This document shows positions 1 through 10,500 of a stretch of 64,000 nt of DNA, one piece after another. The translations under genes were made by a program, and so were the position numbers. Positions within the stretch are counted from its first letter, which is position 1; each line of letters opens with the position of its first letter. The DNA is taken from the NCBI GenBank assembly GCA_963675595.2, contig CAXXLZ010000002.1:960001-1024000 (forward strand), read 5' to 3'. A model generated the notes under the pieces. The model saw nothing but the letters and a program-made list of their open reading frames with translations. It was not told where the DNA came from and searched no databases. Source of the DNA: Thermodesulfobacteriota bacterium (GTDB taxonomy: Bacteria; Desulfobacterota; Desulfarculia; JACQYL01).

Positions 1-2480
1 CCCCGAGTCCCCGAGTACTTCACGTACTCCGAAAACAATTCCCTCACCTTATCCATCTGGGCCGAACCGTATCCCGGCGATTGGAAGGACACCTTTCCCA
101 ACATCTCTTCCATCTCCCTCACGATGCGTGCCAGCTCTCCTTCTCGTTCCGCCCGTCTTTTGGAAGCGGTCACGGCTCTTTCTACGGCGTCAGCTTTGGT
201 CCGGACGGCCGAACTGGAGTCCATTAGTTCCTTTTGGTCTTTGAGCAGCTTCTCCAGAGCCGTTTTCAACTCCCCGCAGGCTTTGACGCTCCCGCATTTG
301 GACGCCCTGCTCCCCAAATCCTCCAGTTGTGCCAAAAGCATCCCTTCGCGGCACGACGCCAACCGGCCCTTCACATGCTCGCTTGCCGCGTCGATGAAGG
401 CCGCCGGCGCCTTATAGGCGGACAGTCCTTTGATCTCCCTGAGCGCCCTCTCATAGAGTTCCTCGCCCTGCGCGAATCGTCCTTGATTCTCCGCCTTTTC
501 CGCCGCATCCAGAAGATCCGTCAGCCGTTCATGGGCCTCGATCAGGTCTTGGCAGCTCTTCGCGGTCTTGGAACTGTACCCCCGGGTGCCAGAATACTTC
601 CCATATTTCGAGACCAGACTGCCCAGCTCTTCCATCTCAGCCGAACCGTAGCCCGAAGACTTGAAAGATACCTTGCCCAAGACTCCCTGCATCTGCCTCG
701 CGATGTAGACGACATCGCTCTCTTCCTGCGCCCGTCTTTTCGACACGACCACGGCTTCTCTTAGGGCTTTCGCTTTGGAACGGACGGCCGAACTGGAATC
801 CATTAGTTCCTTCTGGCCTTGGAGCAGCTTCTCCAAATCCGTTTGCACGTCCCCGCACGCCGTCACGCTCCCGCATTCGGAGGCTCTGCTCCCCAAATCC
901 TCCAGTTGCGCCAAAAGCATCCCTTCGCGGCACGACGCCAGCCTGCCTCTTACGTACTCTCCCGCCGCCTCATTAAACGAGGCGAGTTCCTTGTGGGAAG
1001 ACAGCTGTACGATTTCCCCAAGGGCCTTCCCGTAGAGTTCCTCGCCCTGCGCGAATCGTCCTTGATTCTCCGCCCTTTCCGCCGCATCCAGAAGATCCGT
1101 CAGCCGTTTATGCGCCTCGATCAGGTCTTGGCAGCTCTTCGCGGTCTTGGAACTGTACCCCCGGGTGCCCGAGTACTTCCCATATTTCGAGACCAGCCCG
1201 CCCAGCTTATCCATCTCAGCCGAACCGTATCCCGGCGATTGGAAGGACACCTTTCCCAAAACTCCCTCCATCTGCCTCGCGATGTAGACGACATCGCTCT
1301 CTTCCTGCGCCCGTCTTCTCGATGCGGCCACGGCTTTTTCTATCGTTTCCGCTTTGGAGCGGACGGCCGAACTGGAATCCACCACGGCCTTCCGGCTTAG
1401 GAGCAGGTTGTCCAGCGCCGTTTTCACTTCCCCGCACGCCGTCACGCTCCCGCATTCGGAGGCTCTACTCCCCAAATCCTCCAGTTGCGCCAAAAGCATC
1501 CCTTCGCGGCACGACGCCAGCCTGCCTCTTACGTACTCTCCCGCCGCCTCATTAAACGAGGCGAGTTCCTTGTGGGAAGACAGCTGTACGATTTCCCCAA
1601 GGGCCTTCCCGTAGAGTTCCTCGCCCTGCGCGAATCGTCCTTGATTCTCCGCCCTTTCCGCCGCATCCAGAAGATCCGTCAGCCGTTTATGCGCCTCGAT
1701 CAGGTCTTGGCAGCTCTTCGCGGTCTTGGAACTGTACCCCCGGGTGCCCGAGTACTTCCCGTATTTCGAGACCAGCCCGCCCAGCTTATCCATCTCAGCC
1801 GAACCGTATCCCGGCGATTGGAAGGACACCTTTCCCAAAACTCCCTCCATCTGCCTCGCGATGTAGACGACATCGCTCTCTTCCTGCGCCCGTCTTCTCG
1901 ATGCGGCCACGGCTTTTTCTATCGATTCCGCTTTGGAGCGGACGGCCGAACTGGAATCCATTAGTTCCTTTTGGTCTTGGAGCAGCTTCTTCAAATCCGT
2001 TTGCACGTCCCCGCAGGCTTTGACGCTCCCGCATTCGGAGGCTCTGCTCCGCAAATCCTCCAGTTGCGCCAAAAGCATCCCTTCGCGGCACGACGCCAGC
2101 CTGCCCTGCACATGCTTGTTTGCCGCGTCGATGAAGGTCGCCGGCGCCTTATGGGCCGACATCCTTTGAATTTCTTTCAGGGCCTTTTCGTAGAGTTTTT
2201 CGCCCTGCTCGAATCGTCCTTGCTTCTCGGCCTTGTCGCCTTCGTCAAGAAAGCCGCTCAGCCGTTTGTGTGTCTTCAACAGGTCTCGGTAGCTCTGGGC
2301 GAGTTCGACCCGGTAGCCGTCCGCACCTGAATGTTCCTCGTATTCGGAAACCAGCTCGTCCAGTCTTTCGATCTCCGCTCTCCCATAGCCGGGCGATTTG
2401 AAGGATATGTTCCCCAAAGACGCTTCCATCTCCCCCACATTGTGGCGTAACTTCTCAACTTCCTGCTTTGCTTTTCTCTT
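1..2480. repeat. 579-bp (193-codon) coding tandem repeat, more than 4 copies
   Basis: GCCGAACCGT recurs at 61, 640, 1219 and 1798 (period exactly 579), with a diverged equivalent near 2380-2420. Confidence 0.95.
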
Positions 2481-3038
2481 ATCCTCATAACCCTGTGCTT
2501 TCTTCCGGACCTTTTCTTCTAAGGTATGGTAGGTTTCTATTAGTGGCTTGAAATTATCAGGCACGTAATTACCGCTTTTCTCTTGAATAACCCTACCTTC
2601 ACTATCAATCCAGATCAGAATGGGAGTAATTATTTCAATATCGAATATTTTAGCAAGATTTTTGTATTCCAATGTCATGAATAATCGATCTTTTGTACCG
2701 AACTCCTCAATATCCTTTTTCCAGCTTCGTTCCCAGTATTCACGTGGAGAAACGGGAATCGCAATAACGGATAATGTCTGATTCTTCTTGGCCAGGAACT
2801 CAATAGCTTTGAGAATTATCCTTTCTTTTTCTTTTTCAGGAAGGAAAAAGAATACAGCAGTCATTGGTGATTTAAAAACATTTCTAGATTGAACGTTCCG
2901 ACCATTAATATCCTTAAAAGTGAATAATTTAACCAGATCACCTTCTTTAACTGATGCAAAAATTTGGGTATCTCCAATACATATTGCTAAACATGCAAAT
3001 AAGACTATATATTTTATTGTAATATATATATATTTCAT
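1..3038 (-). CDS. Large exported protein (>1012 aa, runs off window start): signal peptide + thioredoxin/AhpC-like domain without CxxC + 193-aa helical tandem repeats
   Basis: Translated by hand from ATG 3038: MKYIYITIKYIVLFACLAICIGDTQIFASVKEGDLVKLFTFKDINGRNVQS... No stop in the segments translated, and the same frame is open at base 1 (...GKVSFQSPGYGSAQMDKVRELFSEYVKYSGTRG). Absent from the ORF track because it has no stop in the window. Confidence 0.85.
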   Translation of the reverse strand, partial: MKYIYITIKYIVLFACLAICIGDTQIFASVKEGDLVKLFTFKDINGRNVQSRNVFKSPMTAVFFFLPEKEKERIILKAIEFLAKKNQTLSVIAIPVSPREYWERSWKKDIEEFGTKDRLFMTLEYKNLAKIFDIEIITPILIWIDSEGRVIQEKSGNYVPDNFKPLIETYHTLEEKVRKKAQGYEDKRKAKQEVEKLRHNVGEMEASLGNISFKSPGYGRAEIERLDELVSEYEEHSGADGYRVELAQSYRDLLKTHKRLSGFLDEGDKAEKQGRFEQGEKLYEKALKEIQRMSAHKAPATFIDAANKHVQGRLASCREGMLLAQLEDLRSRASECGSVKACGDVQTDLKKLLQDQKELMDSSSAVRSKAESIEKAVAASRRRAQEESDVVYIARQMEGVLGKVSFQSPGYGSAEMDKLGGLVSKYGKYSGTRGYSSKTAKSCQDLIEAHKRLTDLLDAAERAENQGRFAQGEELYGKALGEIVQLSSHKELASFNEAAGEYVRGRLASCREGMLLAQLEDLGSRASECGSVTACGEVKTALDNLLLSRKAVVDSSSAVRSKAETIEKAVAASRRRAQEESDVVYIARQMEGVLGKVSFQSPGYGSAEMDKLGGLVSKYGKYSGTRGYSSKTAKSCQDLIEAHKRLTDLLDAAERAENQGRFAQGEELYGKALGEIVQLSSHKELASFNEAAGEYVRGRLASCREGMLLAQLEDLGSRASECGSVTACGDVQTDLEKLLQGQKELMDSSSAVRSKAKALREAVVVSKRRAQEESDVVYIARQMQGVLGKVSFKSSGYGSAEMEELGSLVSKYGKYSGTRGYSSKTAKSCQDLIEAHERLTDLLDAAEKAENQGRFAQGEELYERALREIKGLSAYKAPAAFIDAASEHVKGRLASCREGMLLAQLEDLGSRASKCGSVKACGELKTALEKLLKDQKELMDSSSAVRTKADAVERAVTASKRRAEREGELARIVREMEEMLGKVSFQSPGYGSAQMDKVRELFSEYVKYSGTR

Positions 3039-3115
3039 GAAAAACTCAGTTAGTTTAGTTTTTCTTTTGAATCTTTTTAAAATAGTAGTGCATATTTTAA
3101 TCCTAACTAATTATG

Positions 3116-3736
3116 TCAAAACTTAGGTATATCTATAGACATGTATAAATATCTAACGGCATCTACGCCATCATCACGAATACGCTCATCATTGGATAGA
3201 TTACATAAACTTCTCTTCAAATTGTCATAACGATTCTTTATCTCCATAACATTTCTTGGAATGTAAACGCCTGTTTCTTCTCCTAAAACCATACTTTTAC
3301 TATCAATCCAGATCAGCACGGGAAACACAATTCCGGCATCGAACACTTTAGCAAGCTTGCCATATTCCAATGTCATAAATAATCGATCTTTTGAACCGAA
3401 ATCCTCAATATGCGATTTCCAGCGTAGATTTCAGTTTTCACGTTGGGAGCAGGGAACCGCAATGACGGATAATGCCTGCTCTTTCTTGGCTAGATACTCA
3501 ATAGATTTTAGGATTTGCCTGTCACTTTCTATTTCAGGAAGAAAGAAAAATACGTCGGTTAACGGAGTTTTAAGCACATCCTTGGATTGAATCGTTCGGC
3601 CTCTCATGTCCTCAAAGGAAAACGGCGCTACTTGGTGTCCCTGTTTCACCAGGGCGGAAGCCGGCCCGGCGCTCAAGAAAAAGATCATGCAGATACAGAA
3701 GATCGCACACTGAAATAGGGTCATTATAGATTTCAT
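3116..3736 (-). pseudogene. Exported thioredoxin-like protein, paralogue of the neighbour's N-terminal domain, with an in-frame TGA at 3433-3431
   Basis: ORFs 3431..3736 and 3116..3376 are in one frame. ...VPCSQREN*NLRWKSHIEDFGSKDRLFMTLEY aligns with ...IPVSPREYWERSWKKDIEEFGTKDRLFMTLEY of the 1..3038 protein. Confidence 0.8.
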
Positions 3737-3952
3737 GAGCTCCTCGCCTTACCGATCTTATCCAACAGAATCCGATGTAGCGTCGAATAACCGGACTCTT
3801 CCCCGATCTTGGTCGCCGATTTGAGCTTTGGGAATGCTTCGGCCCTCCGATCCATCCTTTGCCGAAAACCCCGCTTGCATTTCCCAGCCGACCCGTTTAT
3901 TAAGAAAACACGTTCTACGTTGATTTCGATTTAACCTATCGAGACGGATGCC

Positions 3953-5173
3953 ATGGAATCTCCCCGGAGAAGCGGACCAATAGCCCAGCCTGATCGATTT
4001 GGAAGATACGAGATCGTTTCGCTTCTGGGCCGAGGCGCAATGGGCGTTGTTTACAAAGCTTGGGACCCCGTGGGTTCGAGAGAGCTTGCGGTAAAAGTAC
4101 ATAAAATGGACGTGGTGGAAGGCTCGGCCGAAGAAACACGTCTTCTGAAAGAAGCCCGCGCCATGGCGCAACTGAGTCACGGCAACATCGTGACCTTGTA
4201 CGACATCGGCAGGGAAGACGAATCTCTGTTTCTTGCCATGGAGTACATTCGCGGCCATAACCTGAGCCATATGCTTAAAGACAAGAAACGATTCTCCCCA
4301 TTTCAGGCGGCGGAATTCGGGGCGCAGATCGCCGACGCTCTCGATTACGCCCACAGATTGGGAATTGTCCATCGTGATATCAAACCGGCCAATATATTGG
4401 TTAACGAAGACGGGACTCCCAAGATCGCCGATTTCGGCATTGCGCGGATCATTGACCTCGGACTGTCTATGGACAACAGGATCGTGGGGACTCCCGCGTA
4501 CATGTCTCCGGAACAGGTGAGCGGACAACCCGTAGACGGACGCAGCGACCTGTTTTCCCTGGGTGTCATCATCTATGAAATGGCCACTCAACAGAAACCT
4601 TTCGACGGTGAAACCTTTACCGAAGTGACCGTGCAAATCGTTGGGCGCGATCCCCGTCACCCTCGAGCCATCGACCGACACATCCCAAAGCCTCTTGGAG
4701 ACATTATCATCAAGGCCCTGCAAAAGGACCCCTTGAAGCGTTTTCAGACGGGCCGGGAAATGGCGGAGGCTCTTCGCGCTTTTGCTCACGGTACCGGCAA
4801 GCCCCGCTCGTCGACCTCTGCAACGAAGTCCTTCTTGATCACTGTTCCCGTCCTCCTTGCCATGCTTGCAGGCGGCTGGTATTTCTATGTTTACAAGCAG
4901 CAGACTCCCATCGAAACCCCGGCGATCCAAACGCAAGAACCTGCTTTCCTTTCTTATGTAACCGCCATCACGTATCCCGACGGGGCGGAAGTGTGGCTGG
5001 ACGGCAAGTTAAAGGGGATCAGCCCCACCGTGCTCGAGTTGACACCCGGCGCACACGACCTGAAGTTTGTCAAAGAAGGCTACAAGACCAAGGAAGCCGG
5101 CATTTTCATTCGGGAAGACAAAGACCAGGACCTTGAAATCGATCTCGAGCCACTGGGCGCTTCAGAAAACTAA
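3953..5173 (+). CDS. Hanks-type Ser/Thr protein kinase with TM helix and C-terminal PEGA domain (PpkA-like role)
   Basis: GRGAMG, AVK, HRDIKPAN, DFG and GTPAYMSPE motifs intact; TM segment FLITVPVLLAMLAGGWYFYV; PEGA-like TYPDGAEVWLDGKLKGISP. Confidence 0.92.
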   Translation: MESPRRSGPIAQPDRFGRYEIVSLLGRGAMGVVYKAWDPVGSRELAVKVHKMDVVEGSAEETRLLKEARAMAQLSHGNIVTLYDIGREDESLFLAMEYIRGHNLSHMLKDKKRFSPFQAAEFGAQIADALDYAHRLGIVHRDIKPANILVNEDGTPKIADFGIARIIDLGLSMDNRIVGTPAYMSPEQVSGQPVDGRSDLFSLGVIIYEMATQQKPFDGETFTEVTVQIVGRDPRHPRAIDRHIPKPLGDIIIKALQKDPLKRFQTGREMAEALRAFAHGTGKPRSSTSATKSFLITVPVLLAMLAGGWYFYVYKQQTPIETPAIQTQEPAFLSYVTAITYPDGAEVWLDGKLKGISPTVLELTPGAHDLKFVKEGYKTKEAGIFIREDKDQDLEIDLEPLGASEN

Positions 5174-5192
5174 TACCGCCCCCCAGCACGGT

Positions 5193-6638
5193 TCAGGAGA
5201 TGGACCGCACCCTGAACCCGGCTCCGAACGGACTGACCAGAGTCACGAGATCGCCCGCCCGCAACGAGTGTCTTTGCCACTTGATTAATCGTTCTCCATT
5301 CACGAACGTTCCATTGGTGCTGCAGTCCGTCACAAAGTAGGCGCCGTCCTGAAGTTCTATTCTCGCGTGGCGCCGAGAAACAAGCCCCAAGGAAAACGGG
5401 ATGTCGGATCGGGGATCCCTCCCGATGACCAATTCGCGCTTGTTGTCGTAGCAAATCTCCTGGTCGGGCGACTCCCTGAATGAAATGACGATCTTCGGAA
5501 TCCGGTATTGAACGACGTCGCTGCAATCGCAATACATCGTTGACTCGAGAAAATCCCCCGCACCGTTCAGTCCCGAGTCCGAACCGACAGGCTCTGCGAA
5601 TCCGGTTCGATCCATTGAAGACAGCAATGCCCCGATCTGTATGGTTTCATCAGGATACGCCTGCAACGAGAAACTCAGCCCCGTTCGTTCGGAAATCATA
5701 CTTTGGAGCAGGGGAACCTGAAAGCCTCCCCCCGCCCCCAGTATTTTCATAGAAACTCTCCCGGCGTCAGAGCCGGCACTTGCCGCCATCTCGCTCACCG
5801 CCGAACTCAGTTCACTGACTCCAGCCTCCAACATGTCTGCGCAAACCTCTTCCGAAATGACACCGTCCAATTTGCCGCACTCACCGTACCCGTTAATTTC
5901 CAGGTCACGGCCGTTTCCGAGGGTTTTCAGCCCGGATGCGATCACCGAAAATGCGTGGATTCGATCGGGAGCACCAATGATCTTTCCACGCCAAGCCCCG
6001 TCCTCCAAATGCGACAAGAGAAGTTCCGTAAAGTACTGCAGCCCGATTGCCTTTAAAGAGGATTTGGAAACGCACTCGATATTCCCGGACTCACACCGGA
6101 AAAGGCAGAGAGACGAACCCGAGAAACCGATCCTGACCGTCAGCGCCCATTCGTTTTCGTTTGAAGGCAGCCCGTGGGCCCTGAGGATGGCCGTTTCGTG
6201 AGAAACGACCCGCCCCTCCAAACCCAGTCTCTCCATGAGTTCTTGCAGCTTTGTAAAATGCGTCTTGGGCAGCGTTCCCGGAATGGCCAAGGTGGTCTCT
6301 CGAAGAAGGCGACTATGATTCATCACACGGTTCAATACCCGATCCAGAAGCAATTCAAGCAAGAGTCTATAATTCGGATCGCTTTCCCCTAAAGCCTTAT
6401 TCAGAGAAAAGGGGATATCGCCTCGAGGTTCTCTTCGGTATCGATAGGCGGCCGCCCATCCGGAAACGATTCCGTATTCGGTCTGAAGGAACCGACACGG
6501 GAAAAACGGCCATTCCATCCGCATGTAACGATCCGTCAAGGGAACCGCCTTCCCGTCACGACCGGTAATCGAGGCTCGTGCCACCGTGTTTCCGAGTTTA
6601 ATTCCAAGAACCGCGTCGTCGAGCATAGAAGTCAGCAA
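5193..6638 (-). CDS. Degenerate Hsp70/actin-like ATPase domain fused to a C-terminal FHA domain
   Basis: LGIKLGNT resembles GIDLGTT, LAIPG resembles ITVPA, and GAGGGFQVPLLQ resembles LVGGSTRIP of Hsp70. FHA motifs IGRDP, VSRRHA and STNGTFVNG. Confidence 0.75.
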   Translation of the reverse strand: MLTSMLDDAVLGIKLGNTVARASITGRDGKAVPLTDRYMRMEWPFFPCRFLQTEYGIVSGWAAAYRYRREPRGDIPFSLNKALGESDPNYRLLLELLLDRVLNRVMNHSRLLRETTLAIPGTLPKTHFTKLQELMERLGLEGRVVSHETAILRAHGLPSNENEWALTVRIGFSGSSLCLFRCESGNIECVSKSSLKAIGLQYFTELLLSHLEDGAWRGKIIGAPDRIHAFSVIASGLKTLGNGRDLEINGYGECGKLDGVISEEVCADMLEAGVSELSSAVSEMAASAGSDAGRVSMKILGAGGGFQVPLLQSMISERTGLSFSLQAYPDETIQIGALLSSMDRTGFAEPVGSDSGLNGAGDFLESTMYCDCSDVVQYRIPKIVISFRESPDQEICYDNKRELVIGRDPRSDIPFSLGLVSRRHARIELQDGAYFVTDCSTNGTFVNGERLIKWQRHSLRAGDLVTLVSPFGAGFRVRSIS

Positions 6639-7531
6639 GCCTCAAATACGTCTTTCATTTTGGCGTCCAAAGCTTTCAAATGTGACATGACCAACGATAT
6701 TCTTCTCTTGAGACTTTCCGGCATCGGAGTATCGCCCCAGTCATTATCTATGATGTTGATCAAGCGACTTTCCGTTTCAATAAACAACACGTCCTTAATA
6801 TCGGACTCGGAGGGAACACGATAGAAAATGAAGAGTCGACGATCACCGTTCCTGGTCAGAACAAACACGGAAACCGGCTGATTTCCGGCATGGATTTTGG
6901 ATGCAAAATACAACCAGAAACAGCTTTCGACCTCGGGCTCCTCGGAACGGAGCGCCACCGAGATTGCATGAGTAGGCGTCTTGCCGGCCGAAAAGTCCTG
7001 CAATACCATTAGATTATGAATTGCCCGTTCGACGGTCCCGGATTCCGTTTCGGTCTTGAGCAACGACGATGGGGCACGATTCAGGAAAGCCGCTTCGGCC
7101 TCTTGAAGCTCCGCGTCGGAGAAAGCCGACGAATCCAACCCGCGCAAACCCTCCGCGAGTTCATTCTCGCTTTGAGGCGCGCTTTTGAGAATCTCACGAA
7201 ATTTCAACCAGCAGGGACTCAGCAACAAAGACCACATGTTTGCAGGACCGATGGATTCCGCACCCGCCGACGAAAACAATGCGAAGGGATAGGGACGCAT
7301 CCCATCGGAACTCCTGGTGATAGTGCCCCAGACCGGTCCCTTTCCTTCTTCCAGGCGAAAGATGAAATCCAGATACAACAAGGCGTCGTTCGCCTCCTGT
7401 AGGGTATCGAACAGCGGGGAGATCATGTCCAGCCAGCGAATAAACGCATCCGTAGCGCGACCGGGCACGTAATCCCGGATGAATTCCCTGGAGAAGGGCA
7501 GCTTTCCGTAATATGAGACCTTGACGTTCAC
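6632..7531 (-). CDS. tagF: T6SS-associated protein TagF
   Basis: N-terminal YYGKLPFSREFI and SSDGMRPYPF motifs; directly downstream of tssM. Confidence 0.8.
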   Translation of the reverse strand: MNVKVSYYGKLPFSREFIRDYVPGRATDAFIRWLDMISPLFDTLQEANDALLYLDFIFRLEEGKGPVWGTITRSSDGMRPYPFALFSSAGAESIGPANMWSLLLSPCWLKFREILKSAPQSENELAEGLRGLDSSAFSDAELQEAEAAFLNRAPSSLLKTETESGTVERAIHNLMVLQDFSAGKTPTHAISVALRSEEPEVESCFWLYFASKIHAGNQPVSVFVLTRNGDRRLFIFYRVPSESDIKDVLFIETESRLINIIDNDWGDTPMPESLKRRISLVMSHLKALDAKMKDVFEAC

Positions 7532-7537
7532 GAACGC

Positions 7538-10500
7538 TCACTCGGATAGGGTCGAAGGGCAAGATATGGTCTGAAACGGCACCGATCGAGGGTCCTCTCC
7601 GGCGGATGCCCGCAGATGATAGGGAACCACGATTTCGGTCTCCCCCCCTCGATTCCGGTTCTCGTTCACCGGTATGTGCCAGTTGATCAAGTTCAGGCTC
7701 GACTCCTCGCCGGCCCGCAGAAGCTTAAGCAAGGACCAATGTCCGGTGAAGCCCATGCCGACATCGTCTTTGCGGCCTCGCTTGGTCGAGTAGCGAGCCT
7801 CAATGCCCGCGCGCTCGCAGGATCCCAATTCCCAGAGCCAGCCTTTCTTTGCTTTTGGCCCATTGAAATATCGCAACACACCGTGCTTCTCAGGATCACA
7901 TCGAATTTCCAGTGAATTCGACGTTACGAACAAATCTTTTCGTTCGTCCACCCCCCTGGACAGTGCTTTTGGAAGCTCGGTCTCAAAGACCAAAGTATGT
8001 TTTCTCTTGCCTCCATCGGGAAGGAAGAAATAGTTCGAAATGGAACACCATTGATTCAGAAATTCCGAGCTCAAAGGTCCCATGACACCGTCCACGGAAA
8101 GCCAGGAAGGATTCCTTACTTCACAATTCTCCAAACTGATAAATGGGAACGCCTCTTCAAGAAACCCCGCGACCGATCCTGTTTCAGGATGGAAGAAGTT
8201 GATCACGGAAACCATGTCCGCTTCCTTGCAGGAGGTCAAAGCTGATGGCTCGAACCTGCCGAACGGAAATCGGCCGGATATGTCCTTGGCAAATCGCAAA
8301 TGAACGGAAGCTTCCCACAACGCCTGCAAGTGTTTCGAGGCTTCCCGAACGAGGATTACTTGTTGGACCAAGATGGGGAACTCAAGTAGATTTTGCAGCC
8401 CCGTCTTCAACTCCGCATTGTCTATCGTAGACAAAAAGCCGTTGGTCATTACGGAGAGTTCTCCGGCCTGCCACACGCCTTCGTCTTCCGCCTGTGGGAA
8501 AAATACGGTTTTGATTTTCGAGAACTTGACCTCCTGGTTTGGTATGCCCACGATGCGCGACAGCCGGCCTACGAGAACCTCAACCAATGACTTATATTTG
8601 CCTTCAATCTCCTGATACTTATGTATTGCCTCAAACTTCTTCAACTCTCCGGCAAAGCCCTTCCAAACCTCATCCGAGTCCAAGTCGGCAACATAAGTAT
8701 TTTCAATGATCCGGTGCAGCGGTTCAAGATAGACACCGCTTGATATTAAATGAATAAGTTGCTCCGAATCAATTGATCTTAGTAAATCCTTATCTAAATT
8801 GATGCTCTTAATATGATTGTACCATGTATTTATATACGCCGATGAGTAGCTACCAACAAATTCGGGAACAGCCTTGTCCTCCAAGTCCGATCTTATAACG
8901 TCGTCAAGCTCGGACGAAGCTTGAAGGCCAATTAATGAATTAACTACCGATCTTACCTTCTCGTTGAAGCAACTCTTGCTAAATGCAATGGGAATCTCAT
9001 TGATGTTGGATATAATAATTGGATGCCATATTTCGTGAAATTGGCTAATCGTTGACTTATCGTATGATAAGGCCATGTTTCCGACAAAGTATTCTATATT
9101 TAACAAATCGGATAATGAGTTATTATCTATCGAATCACGCCTACTGTAATATTGATACTTCAGTCTATCCGAGTTCTGCAATGCCAAGTATAGATCCAGA
9201 TTTTCCTTAAGCTCTTGAATAACCGACCTGGTCTTGGCTTGCCATAGTTTGGTCATCCAATAATAATCGTTGGGCGTAAGCGCATGTTCATTCGATTTCA
9301 GGCCTTTTGACAAAGAGCCGGCGGAAGGCTCATACTTGGCACCTTTGGTCTCGTCCAGGGTCTTACTTCGGCTTTCTTCAGACGCCTCAAGGTCAGGGGC
9401 CACATTTGAAGCTTTGTTGCTATCGAACTCTGCCTCCGAGATTCGAGACAAGGGTACTCCCCGCCTCGTGAGTTCGACTTTGACGGTCTGAAGGTATCCA
9501 CCATAGGCTCGCAAACGGAGAATCATTTCCTCGTAATCCAGATGCCGCTCCTCCGTGTCACCGGGACGGGCCGAAAAACCTGCGACAAGCGAATTGAGAG
9601 TGGGGTTAAGCACCGCCTCCTCAAAATGGTGAAGGTAGAAGGACTTCATGTTTGAAGCGGGTGCCCTGTCAGCATGAAATCCGAAAACTCGAGCAGGGTG
9701 CAATATGGAGACTTCATCCAATCGTTCGATGTCTCTTCCGATTCCGTAAAGGATGTGATTCAGTCGCGCAATATTCCCTGAAACTCGCTGCGCTTTTTGG
9801 AACTCGCCGACACTTCTTTTCAGGCCGCCCACCTGGTTGAGGTTCAGGAAGAAAGAAGCGGACATCCCTGCAACCAGAAGCAGCAACCCTATGCAGGCGC
9901 CACCGTATAGAAATCTGAGAGATCGTCGTTCCTTGGTGAGTCTGAGTGCCGATTTCGAAGCCAGATTCTGGTCCCTCACCAGAATACGAGTAAAGAAATC
10001 CCGAAGAAAATAGCTCTTTGAACGAGTCTCGGGAGAGAATGTCTTCAGTCTGCTCGGAAAGCCCAACTTATCCAGAAGCGAAGTGACCACGGTTCCCACC
10101 TGATGGCCGCTGGTCAAGTAGAAGCCGCGAAAGAAAGGGGAAGGGAAATACGGATTGGACTGAAAAAGCGATTCCATCCATAGGGACAGGGGCTTTTGAA
10201 GTTGCCGAAACTCGTCGGGGAAGGAGAAGATCGGCTGTATGGATTCTACGGATGTATCGGAATCTTCAAGAATAGAGATTCTGTATCTTTCGAAGCGTTC
10301 CATCAGTGTTTGAAACGCCCCGCCGAAGGTTTCATCGGGAGCATCCAGGTCCATCCGGTCATTTGTCCACCCAAGAGCTTCAAAATGCTTCTCCTCTGGG
10401 AAGCCTGCAAAAAACTCCGTAAATCCGTTGATTAGATCGCATTTGGTGACAAGAATGAAAACCGGAACCCTCAACCCCAGTTCTTGCGTAATCTGGTCGA

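Noticed and set aside
124-2330. Repeated + strand ORFs (MERTAELES..., ...RQKHPFAARRQ...)
   Set aside because: Antisense shadows of the 579-bp repeats in the minus-strand gene.
1-2480. CRISPR array or DGR template/variable repeat
   Set aside because: The units are 579-bp in-frame coding repeats without spacers; no cas or reverse-transcriptase gene was seen.
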